In this document: positions 1-13,450 of the stretch, piece after piece
Position numbering within the stretch: the first letter of the stretch is position 1
How the letters are laid out: each line of letters opens with the position of its first letter
DNA from: Camelus ferus
Taxonomy: Eukaryota
Reading direction: 5' to 3'
DNA: 64,000 nucleotides
Assembly (NCBI RefSeq): GCF_009834535.1
Contig: NC_045697.1
Span: 75,642,001 to 75,706,000, forward strand
Notes under the pieces: generated by a model
Database searches by the model: none
Told to the model about the DNA's origin: nothing
Seen by the model: the letters and a program-made list of their open reading frames with translations, nothing else
Program-made: the position numbers and the translations under genes

Positions 1-489
1 TAAGAAAATAAAAGATAACACTGATACTTTGTAAAAATTATCAGCCAACAAATTATACTGGTATTTGCCATCTTAGTTGGCCTTGCTTGCTTTAGAATAA
101 CCTAGAGTTTTCCAGTTCCACTGAAAAATAATTAATATCAAAGTATGTCTTGTCCCCATGGTTTGGAGACTGTTTTTATTTTAAAAAAGCTAAAATATGC
201 AAGTTTTGTGTCTTCTTGTCAAGTTGGAGAGAGAATAAAAGAAGTAACAGAACTGAAAGTCATAGGCCTAAAATACGTATGTGTGTCTAGTCTAAGCTGC
301 TTAAATCTATACACTTGAATCTATCTGCAAAGAATAAAATTCTAGTCCTAAAGAAACAAGCCAAAAGATGTCACTGATGTAGAAACAACACTTATGACAA
401 TTTTCAAGGTCAGTACTTCAAGAAGAAAGTTTGGAAGAATGTATGTTCAAGATCATTCATTGCAGCATTGTTTTTAACAGAAAAGACAT

Positions 490-1850
490 ATTTGCTAAGC
501 AGTTACGGGTGTTGATTTTTGTCATATGCCCTCTTGTCATTCATGGGGATGATCATATGATTTTTTATCTTCAATTTGTGTAATGAATTATATCAGTAAA
601 TTTTCAAAAATTAAAAAATTGTTACATTCTTGAAATTAACTACACATTGTTCAGATTTGTTATTTTACTGTGAAGATGGATTTAATTGCTAATATAATGG
701 TGTCATACACAGGTGAGTAAGAAATATCTTATTTACTTTCTTTAAATCTGCTTAACTTTTACTCCCTGTCCTCATCTGCAGTCCCACCACCCACCCCTAA
801 ATAGTATAAAGGGCTTGGAGCCTTATGGAGGATCAAGGCTTTGAGGTGAGCTGGTTAAACATCAAACATCACTCTGCACTGTTCCCACCAAGGCACCCTG
901 ATCTCCCTCACATACTACCTGTAGGTCTGGCAGTTGTTCTGCTGCTCTTCTACCATGTTTAATGTGTAGAACAATGGCAAGCCCAGACAGTACCCAGGTG
1001 CTCCCCAGAGCCAAGAACAGAGGCAGACCTCTGTTGTTCATGTAACCCGCGTAGTTCCATTCCCCCTTCCCAGACCCCTGCATTCTTTTAATGATAGTCT
1101 GGGGAGAATCCCTCCCCATCTCTGAGTTCCTCTCAGATGCCCTCCTTTCCATCTCTCACTCCAAGTCCCGTAACATATCTTCTCTTTAGGCCCTGCCTTT
1201 TAGAAACCAGATCTGAAAAGGAAGTATCTTATAGGCAATGCTAGTTTTCCATACTGCCACAAACTTTCCCTGAGGCAAACAAGTCCAGAGCTGGCCACCT
1301 GCTCTATTACAAAGGAAAAAATGAGGAATAAAAACATAAATTAAAATTTTAAAAATTAAATAAATTCAATTATTTTTAAAAGTCTCCAGTCACACTAATA
1401 TTTTATCTAATATACTGTTATAGATATTCATAATGGAGACTAATCTATGGTTTCCTTTTATGTGATATCTTTGTATAATTTTGGTAGCACTGTTATAATA
1501 GATTTCTTAAAAAAAAATTAGAAACATACCTACTGTCTCTGGACTCACAGTAATCTCAATAGACTTGCAATTGTAATTTCTTTGAGAGTATGTTAACATG
1601 AACCTATGAAACCATCTGCACTAGGGGAAGTTGATTTTTGAAATTTTATCAATATATTCCTTGATAATGGTCTATTTAACTGTTCTATCTCTTTCTGAAC
1701 AAGATTGGTAATTTTTATTTTCCTGGAAACATTCATTTCTTTCACATTTACAAATATATTTGAAGAGGTTTCAAATAAGTTATTCTCTTAAAATTATTTT
1801 AATTTCCTCTACAGTATTCTCCCTCTTATTTCTAATTTTGTGGATTTGTG
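490..1850 (-). mobile_element. Old L1M ORF2 fragments (490-700 and ~1400-1850) interrupted by an unclassified, possibly LTR-derived segment
   Basis: Degraded antisense L1 ORF2 phrases (gatgatcatatgattttt, taattttggtagcactgttataat, tatgaaaccatctgcact). Confidence 0.5.
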
Positions 1851-2228
1851 CAAAAAAAAAAAATTTCTGAATGAATGAAACATAACAATTTACAGAAAGA
1901 AAAAGAAAATTCACAAGCAGATCTTAGGGAAAAATGGAGGAAAAAAACCAAATTCTGAATGAACTTCCTCATATGTCTTCTAAATTGACAAATGGCACCA
2001 TATTGATTTTCATTTGCATGTCAATTTGAATTCAAATTATTTTGAGTCCAGCTTAGGGGAGATTTGTCAGTTATGTGCTTAGATGGCTCACTGTTTAGTA
2101 AGTATAAAATGCTATCTAGTCTCAAAGAGATATTTGCACACCCATGTTCACTATAGCATTATTTACAAAAGCCAAACTGGAAGCAACCTAATGTTTATTG
2201 ACAAATGAATAAAGAAAATGTGGTATAC

Positions 2229-4152
2229 AAATCAATGTGATACATCACATTAACAAAAGAAAGGATAAAAATCACATGATCCTCTCAACAGATGCAGAAA
2301 AAAAGAATTTAGCAGAATATTCATTCATGATAAAAACTCTCATCAAAGTGGATATAGAGTGTAGAGATGGAACATATCTCAACGTAAGAAAAGGCTACTT
2401 ATGACAAACTCACAGTTAACATCATATTCAACCATGAAAAGCTGAAAGCCTTTTCTCTAAATTCAAGAAAAGGTAAGGATGCCCATTCTCATTACTTCTC
2501 TTTAACATAGTATTTAAAGTCCTAGCTACAGTAATCAGAGAAGAAAAATAAATAAAAAGCATCCAATTGGAAGAGAAGAAGTAAACTTCTCACTATTTGC
2601 AGATGACAGGATACTATATATAGAAAACCTTATAGCCGCCAAAAAAAAAAAAAAAAACTATTAGAACTAATAATTCAGTTAAGTAGCAGGATTCAAGATT
2701 AATATACAGAAATCTGTTACTTTTCTATAAACTAATAATGAACTATCAGGAAACAATCCCATTTAAAATTGCATCAAAAAGAATAAAACACTTAGAAATA
2801 AATTTAACCAAGGAGGTAAAAGACCTAACTATAAAACACTGATGAAGGTAATAGAAGATGATACAAAGAAATGGAAAGATAGTCCATGTTCATGGACTGG
2901 AAAAATTAATATTGTTAAAGTGCCCGTACTACCCAAAGCAATCTACAGATTTAATGCAATCCCTACCAAAATATCCATGAGATTTTTCACAGAAATAGAA
3001 CAAATAATCCTAAAATTTATATGAACCACCAAAGACCCTGAATAGCCAAAGTAATCTTGAGGGGAAAAAAAAAACTGGAGGTACCATGCATCATCATACT
3101 TCAGACTACAAAACTGTAGTAATCAAAATAGCATCATGATACTGGCACAAAAACAGACACATAGATCAATGGAACAGAATAGAGAGCCCAGAAATAAACC
3201 TATGCACTTATGGTCAACTAACCCATAACAAAAGAGGCATGAATACACAATGAAATAAATATAATCTCTTTTGTAAACGGTACTGAAAAACTGGACAGCT
3301 ACATGTAAAAGAACAAAATTAGAACATTTTCTCACATCATACACAAAAATAAATTCAAAATGGTCTAAGACCCAAGTGTAAGACTGGAAAACATAAAACT
3401 CCTAGAAGATAATATATGCAGAACACTCTGACATAAATCATAGCAATATTTTTTGTATCTGTCTCCCAAGGCAAAGAAAACAAAAGCAAAAATAAACAAC
3501 TGGGACCTAATTAAACTTAAAAGCTTTTGCACAGCAAAAGAAACCATTGACAAAATGAAAAGACAACCTACTGAATGGGAGAAAATATTTTTAAATAATA
3601 TTACTGATAAAGGATTAATACCCATAAATATAAACAATTCATACAACTCAATATCAAAAACAAACAACCTGATTAAAAAATGGGCAGAAGATCTAACTGG
3701 ACATTTTTCCAAAGATAGCCAACAGGCATATGAAAAGATGCTCAACATCATTAATCAGAGAAATAAACGCAAATCAAAACTGCAGTGAGATATCAACTCA
3801 CATCTGTCAGAATGGCTATCATCAAAAAAGACATAAATAACAAATGTTGGCAAGGATGTGGAAAAAAGTGAACACTAGTACACTATTAGTAGGAATGTAA
3901 ATTGGTGCAGCCACTATGGAAAACAGTATGGAAGTTCCTCAAAAAAACAAAAGCAGAACTACCTTATGATCCAGCAATTCCACTCCAGCGTGTATATCTA
4001 AAGAAAAAAAACCCACTAATTTGAAAAGATACCTGCACTCCAATGTTCAGTACAGCATTATCTGCAATAGCAGGATATGGAAGCAATCCAAGTGCCCATC
4101 AATAGATGATGAATAAAGAAGGTTTAATATACACATACACACATACACAGAT

Positions 4153-4184
<32 letters not shown>

Positions 4185-4605
4185 ACATACACATACACAA
4201 TGGACTCGGCCATTAAAAAAAAGAATAAAACTTTGCCATTTGCAACAACACAATGGACCTGGAGGGTATTATGAAATAAGACAGACAGAGAAAGATATTA
4301 AATACCATATGTTTTCACTTAGATGTGGAATCTAAAAAATAAAATGAATGAATGAATTTAACAAAATAAAAACAGACTCATAGATATAGAAAACAAACTA
4401 GTGGTTACCGGTGGGGAGATGGAAGTGGGTAGGTAAAAGAGAGGGATAGGGGATTAAGAGGTACAAACTACTATGTATAAAATAAATAAGCTACAATTGT
4501 ATAGCACAGGGAATATAGCCAATATTTCATAATAACTTTAAATGGAGTATAGTCTATAAAAATATTGAATCACTATGTCATAAGCCTGAAACTAATAATA
4601 TTGTA
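2229..4605 (+). mobile_element. 5'-truncated L1 (ORF2 RT/C-terminus and 3'UTR) nested in an older L1MA 3' end (2100-2228 and 4606-4950)
   Basis: ORFs at 2842 ([29 protein letters not shown]) and 3453 ([17 protein letters not shown]) are L1 ORF2. The FADD motif is at ~2596 and a (CA)n repeat at ~4131-4198. Confidence 0.92.
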
Positions 4606-5309
4606 AAAAGGAAGAAATTCTGTCATATGCAACAACACAAATGGACTTTTTAAATAAATTAAGCCAATTACAAAAGGACAAGTACTGTATGACTGGATTT
4701 ATATGTGGCACCTAAAGTAATCAAACTCATAGAAACAGAAAGTAAAATTGTGGTTACCAAGGACTGCGGAAGAGGAAAAAATGGGAATCTGTTGTTTAAT
4801 GGGTATAGAGTTTCAGTCATACAAGAAGAAAAGTTCTAGAGATATGTTGTATAGCAATGTGCATATAGTTAACACTACTATCTATACACTTAAAAACTGT
4901 TAACATGATAAATTTATGCTGTGTGTTTTTTGCCACTTTTTTTAAAATGTTGTCTATGATCTACTGAGGAAAGTTCCCAAGTTTTCTGTTTCTCTCTCCC
5001 TCCCTCTTTCAGTTGTAAAGGTAGTTTTGCACCAGCATTTTTTAATTTTTTCAGCAATTGAGACTTCCCTATAGAATAATAGATTTGGATTAGATTGCTT
5101 ATAACTACAGTTCAAATAATAAAGTTGTAAAATTCTATTTTCTTTCCAATGATACTTGTTCATAAAATAGCAAACTTGGAGTTAAAAGAAAAGGGCCTTG
5201 AAGAAAGTGGCTTTTCAGTAATTCTTCACTGAGTTAAGTGGAAGAGAGAGTTCTGCCAGGTTATATAAATTACAGGTTTAGCCCAAGCACCTTAATCCTT
5301 AATCTAGAC

Positions 5310-5473
5310 CAGTGGTTCTAAACCTCACCTAAATATTAGAATCACCTGGGAGCTTTAAAACTCTCCTGAAGCCATGACTCGGACCAATTAAATTTGAATC
5401 TCCATTGGTTAAGAGCCAGGTATCAGTGTTTTTTTTAAAGCTCCCCAATGGGTAGTCAAAGTGGAGAACACTG
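5310..5473. mobile_element. MER5-type hAT-Charlie DNA transposon relic
   Basis: CAGTGGTTCT...AGAACACTG terminal inverted repeats with internal tagaatcacctgggagcttt. Confidence 0.8.
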
Positions 5474-6419
5474 ACATAGTCTCATCTGATCTACAAACCA
5501 TCAAAAATGAGAGAATTTATTCAACTGAAGTGCATTCATCAATTTTATATGTAAAACAAAATAGCTATTAATCTTCCAATAGGCCTTTCACTGAGTTAGG
5601 TACCAGCCAAAATTTTCAGAATATTTAGTTTGAAATAAAAGTGCTATTAAGATCTCCAAGTGTAAAGGGAAAGCAAGCAAATATTTCATTTTCCTGTGCA
5701 TGATATGAAATAACTCCCTTTCAAGGGCTATATTTCAGTTAAAGACAAATAGCACTGATCATGGTAAAGTTATAGAATATATAAAGGACGTCCGGTCTTT
5801 CTTGGCTTTCTCTAAATCAGTTCAGATGCTACCTTCCCACCCCACTCTGCCCTAGCCCCATTCCCTAAGATGATCTTCAGTAAAGGACCAGGCAGAATTT
5901 GAATTTTGTTCTCACTCTGTATCTCATTCACATCAATGTGTTACCTAAACTACATTTAAGCTCTTATTTTTGGGCAACTATACACTTCCTCCCAGCATAC
6001 CTGCAAATGGAATATGAGTTTGGCATCAAAATTTATACGGGATTGTGAGAGTGGGACTCAGTTCGTGCCTCTCAAGTCAGATCTTTCTAGGGGAGGTGTG
6101 GAAACGCCTGAAGAAGTGAGAGCTGAAGTAATGGTCTGAGCTTTTCCAGAATTAAGAAGGGCTGGCTGCAGCTGGCTGCTCCCCAGTGGTCCTGTACCAG
6201 CTGAGGACAAAGAACATGGAAGACCATGGGCCTCTCTTTTAATCTACCCAAGAACATTCCCCTTTGGCAATCAGATCACTCCAAGACAAATCAGGGATAA
6301 ATAGTGAGAGCTACTAAACACTGAAAAAGGAATACAGAAGTCTCAACTCAGGCCATAAGTGAGAGAGGCAGGGTCTCAGGGACCTTCCAGGCTGGTGAGT
6401 TAGGTAGCATCTAGGGTTG

Positions 6420-6560
6420 AGTATTTACCCTGGACTAAGTGCTTTACATGCATACCTAGTTTAATCCTCCCCACAATGCTGGGTGGCAAGTATTATTTTC
6501 ATTTTGAAGATGAGGAGATTGACCCTCAGAAAGGTTAAGTGACTCATCCAAGGTCACTCA
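6420..6560 (-). mobile_element. MIR SINE
   Basis: Reverse MIR core: cattttgaagatgaggag...aggttaagtgactcatccaaggtcac. Confidence 0.75.
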
Positions 6561-6992
6561 ATCAGTAAGCGTTCATGCAGCTTTACGTACATTCAAAAAT
6601 TTAGAATTAACTTAAATGTGACTTACAAATTTCATCGTAAGTATCTAAATCATGGCCAAGGCCAATCTTCAAAAAATTCGGTATGTACATTGTTTCACCT
6701 GACTTTTTCAGTTACTTCAACTTTAAAATATAAGAAAGATTAAAAATGCAATGTACTCATTTCCATTTTATAATGTAAGATATTAAAGAAAAGCAATAGG
6801 AATTTAGAAATTTGTAATATTACAAATGGTAGGGAAAAGGTGGTTATTGATTACTGAATCTACGGTTATGTCCAAAATAAAACAATTTTTTTTTCTTGCT
6901 GTGGCATATGCAGTTACTCTCTGATCTCCTAAACACATCAAAGGGATTCTCTTTTAAGGTAAAGCTAATTCTTTTAAAATTTGCATATTACA

Positions 6993-7111
6993 GGGTGGAG
7001 GGTAATAGCTCAGTGGTAGAGCACATGCTTAGCATGCACAAGGTCCTGGACACAATACCCACTAACTCCATTAAAAGATAAATAAGTTAAAAAATAATAA
7101 ATAAAATTTTT
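6993..7111 (+). mobile_element. tRNA-derived camelid SINE (Vic-1-like)
   Basis: tRNA-Ala-like head (tagctcagtggtagagcacatgcttagcatgcacaaggtcctgg), A-rich tail, and 13-bp TSD TTTGCATATTACA at 6980-6992 and 7112-7124. Confidence 0.88.
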
Positions 7112-9139
7112 TTTGCATATTACATTCTAAATATTAAAGCTATAAACCAGAAACACACTTGGATATCCCAAGTGGAAGGAGTCCCAAAAAAGTGATAATA
7201 TGATTTAATTTGAACAGTAATATATCAAGCATGCATCAGATTTTTATCCTTATATTTTATAAACTTGTTTACCAGGCATATGCTATAAAACATACATCGC
7301 TACATGCCTATGGAGAAAAGAAATACATTGAGAAGTATGATTTGTCCAAAACAGTTTAGAAAAAATATATGCATGCATGACATTTCTGACAAGGCAGTTT
7401 TGACACAGCTGTGCACTGATGCAGCTGTTTTCAGGCAGGGGGTTTTTAAACACAGCCCCCAAATAAACCATTAAACTTTCAGCTGTTTCTATTAACAAGT
7501 AATGTGTGAAACAGGAATATTCTTCCCATTCTAAAATCTCTCCACAGCCTCGAACCTCACCCTGTTGTAGACACCCACTCCTAGGGCAACAAGCAGGGAT
7601 TAAGTTGGGGTCTGGAATAAGGTGGGGTCAGAGATGGGTTGAGGATGAGGGATGGGGTGAGGTTAGGCATCGTTCAGCAGACGAACTATATGTGACCAGA
7701 AGTTATACGTTTACCATACTTACTCATCTCAGAGAGGGCCATCCATTCATCATTCTCAGCAAAGTGCTTGCTTATTCTCTAAGAATCCATTTATATTTTA
7801 AACAGTCTGCTAAATTTACAATGGGCATACTCTTTTACATTCATGAATAAACAGAACTGTCTATGTAAAATATGCTACTTCATCTGTTTTAAATTTGACC
7901 ATCTAGAGAACTTACCTGTGGATACCCCTGAGTATGGAGGTTTCCTAACTATGTAAACTTGATTTAATTGGACATATTAGCACGCTGAAACAGGGGAGGA
8001 TATTTGAACCACAATATGATTCTGACACAGGAAATGTAATCTGTTTTCTAGCAATTCTCTCAAATCTCATGTTTTTCTATTAACACAAGTAATGCATGAA
8101 AAATTTCCAGGATTAGATAAAAAGAAAATAGGTAAGGTATCAGGGATGGTAGGGAGTTATCTGCTGCATCCATTACACTGAAACAAGTGATCTAACCTTT
8201 TAAAAGAGAAAGGTTACTACCACCATGTCAAAGTGGATCATTCCAAGGGATGATTTGATATCCCATATTTTGGAGAGGCTGCATCAGCATGTCTGATTTG
8301 GAAAAATGCCTATGTACGGTCACACCCAAATCCTCTTCTCTAAAATAGTGAAGACATTCTCTCTTATATCCCCTTTTGCATTTTTTATTCAATTGCTTTA
8401 CTGAAGCAATTGCATAAAATAATAAATTAAGACACTACTCCAAGAAAAGCTCTGATGATGACTGATTAGCTATCCTACCACAGAGAAATATATACATACA
8501 AGTTGCCCATTGCATTACAAAAGGAACTACTTATTAAGTTAGGACTACATATTCAGTATTACTTATTAAGGAGATAGTCCTAATTTGGTTAACTGCCTAA
8601 TCAAAAACACTGTTAGTGTGGGTGTGGGTTCCTACAATAAAATCTATCTTTGAGCTACTGTGGAATCCAATAAGTATATCCATTGTTCAGTGTGAAAACT
8701 ATTTCTTCTGAATGAAAAATTAGGTGCTTTACCTTTAGGGAGCTCTTTGTGTATCATCTGGTTTCAATTTCTCCTTGGGCTTCATTCCCCAGTGGTGTGT
8801 ATATGTGCTTGTACTTGGGTAAAACACATACACAACTAAACCAAACATATCACTGAGGATTCACATATGTATGAATATACATCTATATTATTTCAAAGTA
8901 AAATTGTTATGTTAAAGTACATACACACAGAAATTGGAGGAAATTGAAACCTGGTGAGATAAGGTACAAAGTTATAAAATCAGATTTTAGATTATAAATC
9001 CCATGTATTAGGTCTAAAGTAGCCACTAAAAAAAAAAATATGAAAATTAGAAAATCAAGGGAATGGTGAATCTACATAAAAGTAATACAAAGCATAGTCA
9101 TTTCACATGGAGCTGCTTAGCACATAAATGTGTTACTTT

Positions 9140-9720
9140 ATATTTTTGAGCTCTTCTTAAATGCCAGTCACTGTTCTGGTCATTAGGGATACAGTGATGC
9201 ACACAAGATGGACCAAGTCCCTGCTTTCAAGAAGCTAATAGTCCAAGCAGGGTAGACAGATGACATGGGTAAACAAGAAATTATATAATTTCAGATCATG
9301 ATAATTTAAAGCAGAGTGGGAGAATTCAAAATAACTCTGGGGTGGGAAAGAAAGTAATGATCTTTGAGCAGAGACATGAATGTAAAGAGTTAACCATGCA
9401 GATGTATGAGAGGAAAGTGTACCAGGTGGAGGCAAAAGCAAATACAGAGGATTTAAGGAAGGAAAAGCATGGTGTGTTCAAGACTCATCAAGGCCAGTTG
9501 ATGAGTTGGAGGAAAGTGATGAGAGGAGAATCAGAATGGATGGTGTCCTCTCAGAAAGAAGAGGAGGAGGGGTCAGGAAGGTAGGAGAGTGTGGCATCAT
9601 GAAATAGTCAAAAAAAGAATCAGTTTCCAGAAGGAAGAACCAATAAACTGTGTCAAATGATACTGAGAGACCTAGTAAAATGAGGACTGAGAATTAACTA
9701 TGAGTTTTGGGCAAGCTGGA
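9140..9720 (-). mobile_element. L2 3' fragment
   Basis: gccagtcactgttctggtcattagggatacagtgatg...aagtccctgctttcaagaagct, typical of the reverse L2 3' end. Confidence 0.75.
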
Positions 9721-10144
9721 GCTGTTTCAGTGGAGGAGTAGAGATCCTTTCCAAGAGTTTTTCCAGCAGAGAAAAGGAGTATTGGCTGCAGGGAAACATG
9801 GGATCAAGAGAAGTGTTTTTCTAAGATGAAAGATATTAAAAATGTAGTAAATGGGCAATGCAAGTTTGGCAACAATAACAAAGATAAATCTTGCACTGTT
9901 TATTGCCATGCATTAATGTGCAAATATCATATACACACATGCACATACTCAAATTCCCAAACACTGACTTGTTTAGCAATGCTAAGTCAGATCTTCAACT
10001 TTCTATCAATATTTGCCTTTACCCTATACCCTAACCTATAAAGTTAATTTGCTTCCCCGGGATATTAAATGCATGAACAATACAAAGTATTATAAAAATC
10101 TTCAAAAATGCTATCATGAGGAACACAACAAAGTAAGGTAAAAA

Positions 10145-10360
10145 TTATAGAAAGCAGTATGGTGTTTCCTTAAAAAAACTAAAAATAGAGTTACCTTATG
10201 ATCCAGCAATCCCACTTCTGCGTATATATCCAGAAAAGATGAAAACTCCAATTCAAAAAGATACATGCACCCAATGCTCGTAACTGCACTATTCACAATA
10301 GACAAGACATGGAAGAAACCTAAATGTCCATGAACAGATGACTGGATAAAGAAGATGTGG

Positions 10361-10411
<51 letters not shown>

Positions 10412-10832
10412 GAATATTACTCAGCTAAAAAAAAGAATGAAATAATGCTATTTGCAGCAACGTGGATGGACCTAGAGATTATCATACGAAGTGAAGTAAG
10501 TCAAAGACAAACATCATATGATATCACTTGTAAGTGGAATCTAAAAACATGGCACAAATGAGCTTATTTACAAAACAGAAACAGCCTCATAGACATAGAG
10601 AACTTATGGTTAGTAGGGGGAAGTGGGAGGGATATATTAAACATTTGAGATTAACAATATATAAACTACTATATATAAAATAGATAAACAACAGGGGCCT
10701 ACTGTAAATATCTTGTAATAGCCTATAAAGGAAAGATTCTGAAAAAAGAATAGATATATAAATATATGTATAACTGAATCACTTTGCTGAACACCTGAAA
10801 CATTGTAAATCAACTATACTTCAATTTAAAAA
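10145..10832 (+). mobile_element. L1 3' end with a (CA)n microsatellite at ~10364-10409
   Basis: tatgatccagcaatcccactt...atggacctagagattatc...aatcaactatacttcaat. Confidence 0.9.
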
Positions 10833-11049
10833 TTTTGTAATTATAATTTCAGTTATAAATTGTATTTTATTATTCACTTTACAATTTGAGATTCTATCAG
10901 AGTATAATCAATGTTGATATAACTCTCTGAGCACTACTTTGGAGGAGCTAATGTGTCTCCTCTAAATATATACAAATAGGTTTTGAAGAACATTGGCAAA
11001 CTACATAAATCAGCACATAGATAAGGATAACTGGATTTGTGGAAAGAGT

Positions 11050-11200
11050 ACGAGTATGTTACCTTTGGCTCTCAGAGCCTCAGTTCCCTCATTTGTAAAG
11101 TGGAGATAATTATATCCAGCTTACAGCAATACTATAAAAAAAAATAAATCATCAAAAAATGTAGACAGAGTACCTGGCATACAGACAATGTGCTCAATAT
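11050..11200 (+). mobile_element. MIR SINE
   Basis: gcctcagttccctcatttgtaaagtggagataat...gtacctggcatac. Confidence 0.7.
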
Positions 11201-12849
11201 ATGATAGCATTGATCTTTAATAGCAACTCAGTTAGGTATGTTTTGATTTATATTACTACAGTTTTTCTACTCTCCCTCAATATTCTTTCATTACATAGAA
11301 GTACAATGATACAAGGTACTCAACCTTTAGGAACTAGTTGCCCATAATCAGTTGGAGCTGAGAGATCATAAGAAAGCTATTATCTCTTGAGTGAAAACTA
11401 ATTATTCCTTCAAAAAGGCAGAAAAATAATATGCACATTAAGCTGAAATTAGAATGAAAATCTGTTGGGAAGTGTGTAGGGTATTTATCCTTTAAAAGGC
11501 CTGAAAGGCTCTCAAATGGTAGTTTTTAAGCTGATTCCCAGACCTTTGAGAACCAAGGTGTCTCAAAGGCCACAAGGGGGGGGGGGGGGGGCAGGACTGG
11601 AGAAATGATGTTCGGTGATGGATGGGGATTCACTCTGCTTGGATCAGAGCAGATCCACCTTCATCTGTGTATACACTGGACTCTACATTAGATTTCATTT
11701 GAAGAAATGCTCTTAAGCTAAAAGAAAATTTGAAATCCTTGTCCTAAATGAAGAGTTAGAGGCAACAGTGATTCTCTCACTACTCACTTATTCAAGTCCT
11801 TTTCACTATCATTCTACGAGCCACCAAATTTAATTTAAATAATCACTAACACCAGACAGAAAATTAAATTAAAAATATAATGCAAAATCCAAGTTAGAAG
11901 TGGGGCTTAAAATTAATTGAGCAGCATTGAGAGTTGACAGATATTTCAAATTGTTTATTCATGACACAACACATCATTGACAATGCAAGTGAGAACTTGC
12001 TTCATTTTACTCCTTGTACACTGTCCCATACAGTAATAGGATTTTCTCCTTTTCAAGAGTCCCAAGTACAATGGTGAGTTGGAAAATTAACTTTTAACTT
12101 CTTCTTTTCAAATGCTCATAAGTCATTTGACCCTTGAGGAAGAAATTCTCACACACTGTCTCATGGTGAGGGCCATGTGATTCCTATCGTCTTAATGGAA
12201 ATCACACTTCTCAAACCCTACAGAAGTCTTTAGCAATTTAGATATTCACATTTCCACAGCCAAAGCTGTTGCTTTTAATTTCCTCTGTGTTCTACCTTCC
12301 TCCATTAAAACTGTTGTAAGTTATTTATGATGCATATCCATGAACAAGATACTGCATACAGCTCCCTTTCCTCCTCCAGCTGTGTCTGTCCACAACATTA
12401 TAGGTTCTTCACTCTAATAATCTACTTGGTACAAGAAACGTGTCCTAGTACACTCATGTATATTAGGCATAGTCCTACTAATTGTGAACGCATATGATTT
12501 GTTATGTCCAAAACTTTTAAAATGTGAAAGCCCTTTTAACTTAAAAAATATCCATGAATTTCCACTTAAGAGTCATTGCACTTTTGGTATTTGAACATTA
12601 AGAAAACACATAATGGCAAGAAGACACTGTGGATTATAAGGTCTTATTATTGTATCTATGCTTTCTTAATTACTAGAGTAGGTTTGTATGTGTTAAAATC
12701 ACAGCGTATGTCTGAAAACAGTACATTTGTGTATGAAATATATCATACATTTAATTTACAGACAAGCCTAGCACAGCCACGGATTTGTAGAGCCTTCACT
12801 AGCTCTGGGCCCTCCAGAAATCTTCTCCCTGTATGTTACAACTCCTGAT

Positions 12850-13450
12850 AGAGGAGAAAGGACACAGTCTCTAGAGTCAGAAAAAAGTGGTTTAAATCAC
12901 AGGTCTGCCTCTTAATATCTACATGAACTTGTCCTAATTGATCCCCAGCTTCCTTATCTGATAAAGTCTACAGTCCAGGCTGTGTGCATTAGAATATATG
13001 CAGTGCTTGATATGTAACAATAGTAATGCCTAATATTTACTACATGTTTACTGCGCACTATAAATTGGGTTTACCCTGTTTGTGTATCTGTACATTTTAA
13101 GACATAAACTTGTAAACAACAATCCCATGAAGTATATTATAGTGGTCAAGAGAATCCATATCAGAGTTCAAGCACATGTGTTCAAATCTAGACTCTGGGC
13201 TCTAATAGCTATTGCAGCATGACTTAGGACAAGTTATTTAACTCATCCACTATTTTCTTCATCACCTATAAAAGGGAATAACAATAATCCTTACTTTACA
13301 TAATAATAGTTGGCAAGTGCTTAACATAATGTCTAGAACAGAGTAAGAGTACGTAAGTATCAGATATTATTTTATAGATGAGGAATTGGATTTGATAAAT
13401 TAATTTGCCCAAGGTCACAGATGCTGAAAAGCAGAACTAGGGCTCTAATC
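12850..13450. mobile_element. Cluster of MIR fragments (plus at ~12860-13030 and 13135-13370, minus at ~13370-13450)
   Basis: atagtggtcaagag...tgacttaggacaagttatttaac and tagatgaggaa...tttgcccaaggtcacag. Confidence 0.65.

Noticed and set aside
6993..7070. tRNA-Ala-like sequences at 6993 and 53678
   Set aside because: A-rich tails, TSDs and degenerate stems show they are SINEs rather than tRNA genes.
7484..8102. Near-duplicate ~28-bp motif (ttctattaac..aagtaatg) at ~7485 and ~8075
   Set aside because: It is AT-rich and resembles common ancient L1ME termini, so independent relics or chance are more likely.
11576..11591. 16-nt poly(G) run
   Set aside because: An isolated homopolymer with no supporting context. 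Its length is also prone to sequencing error.
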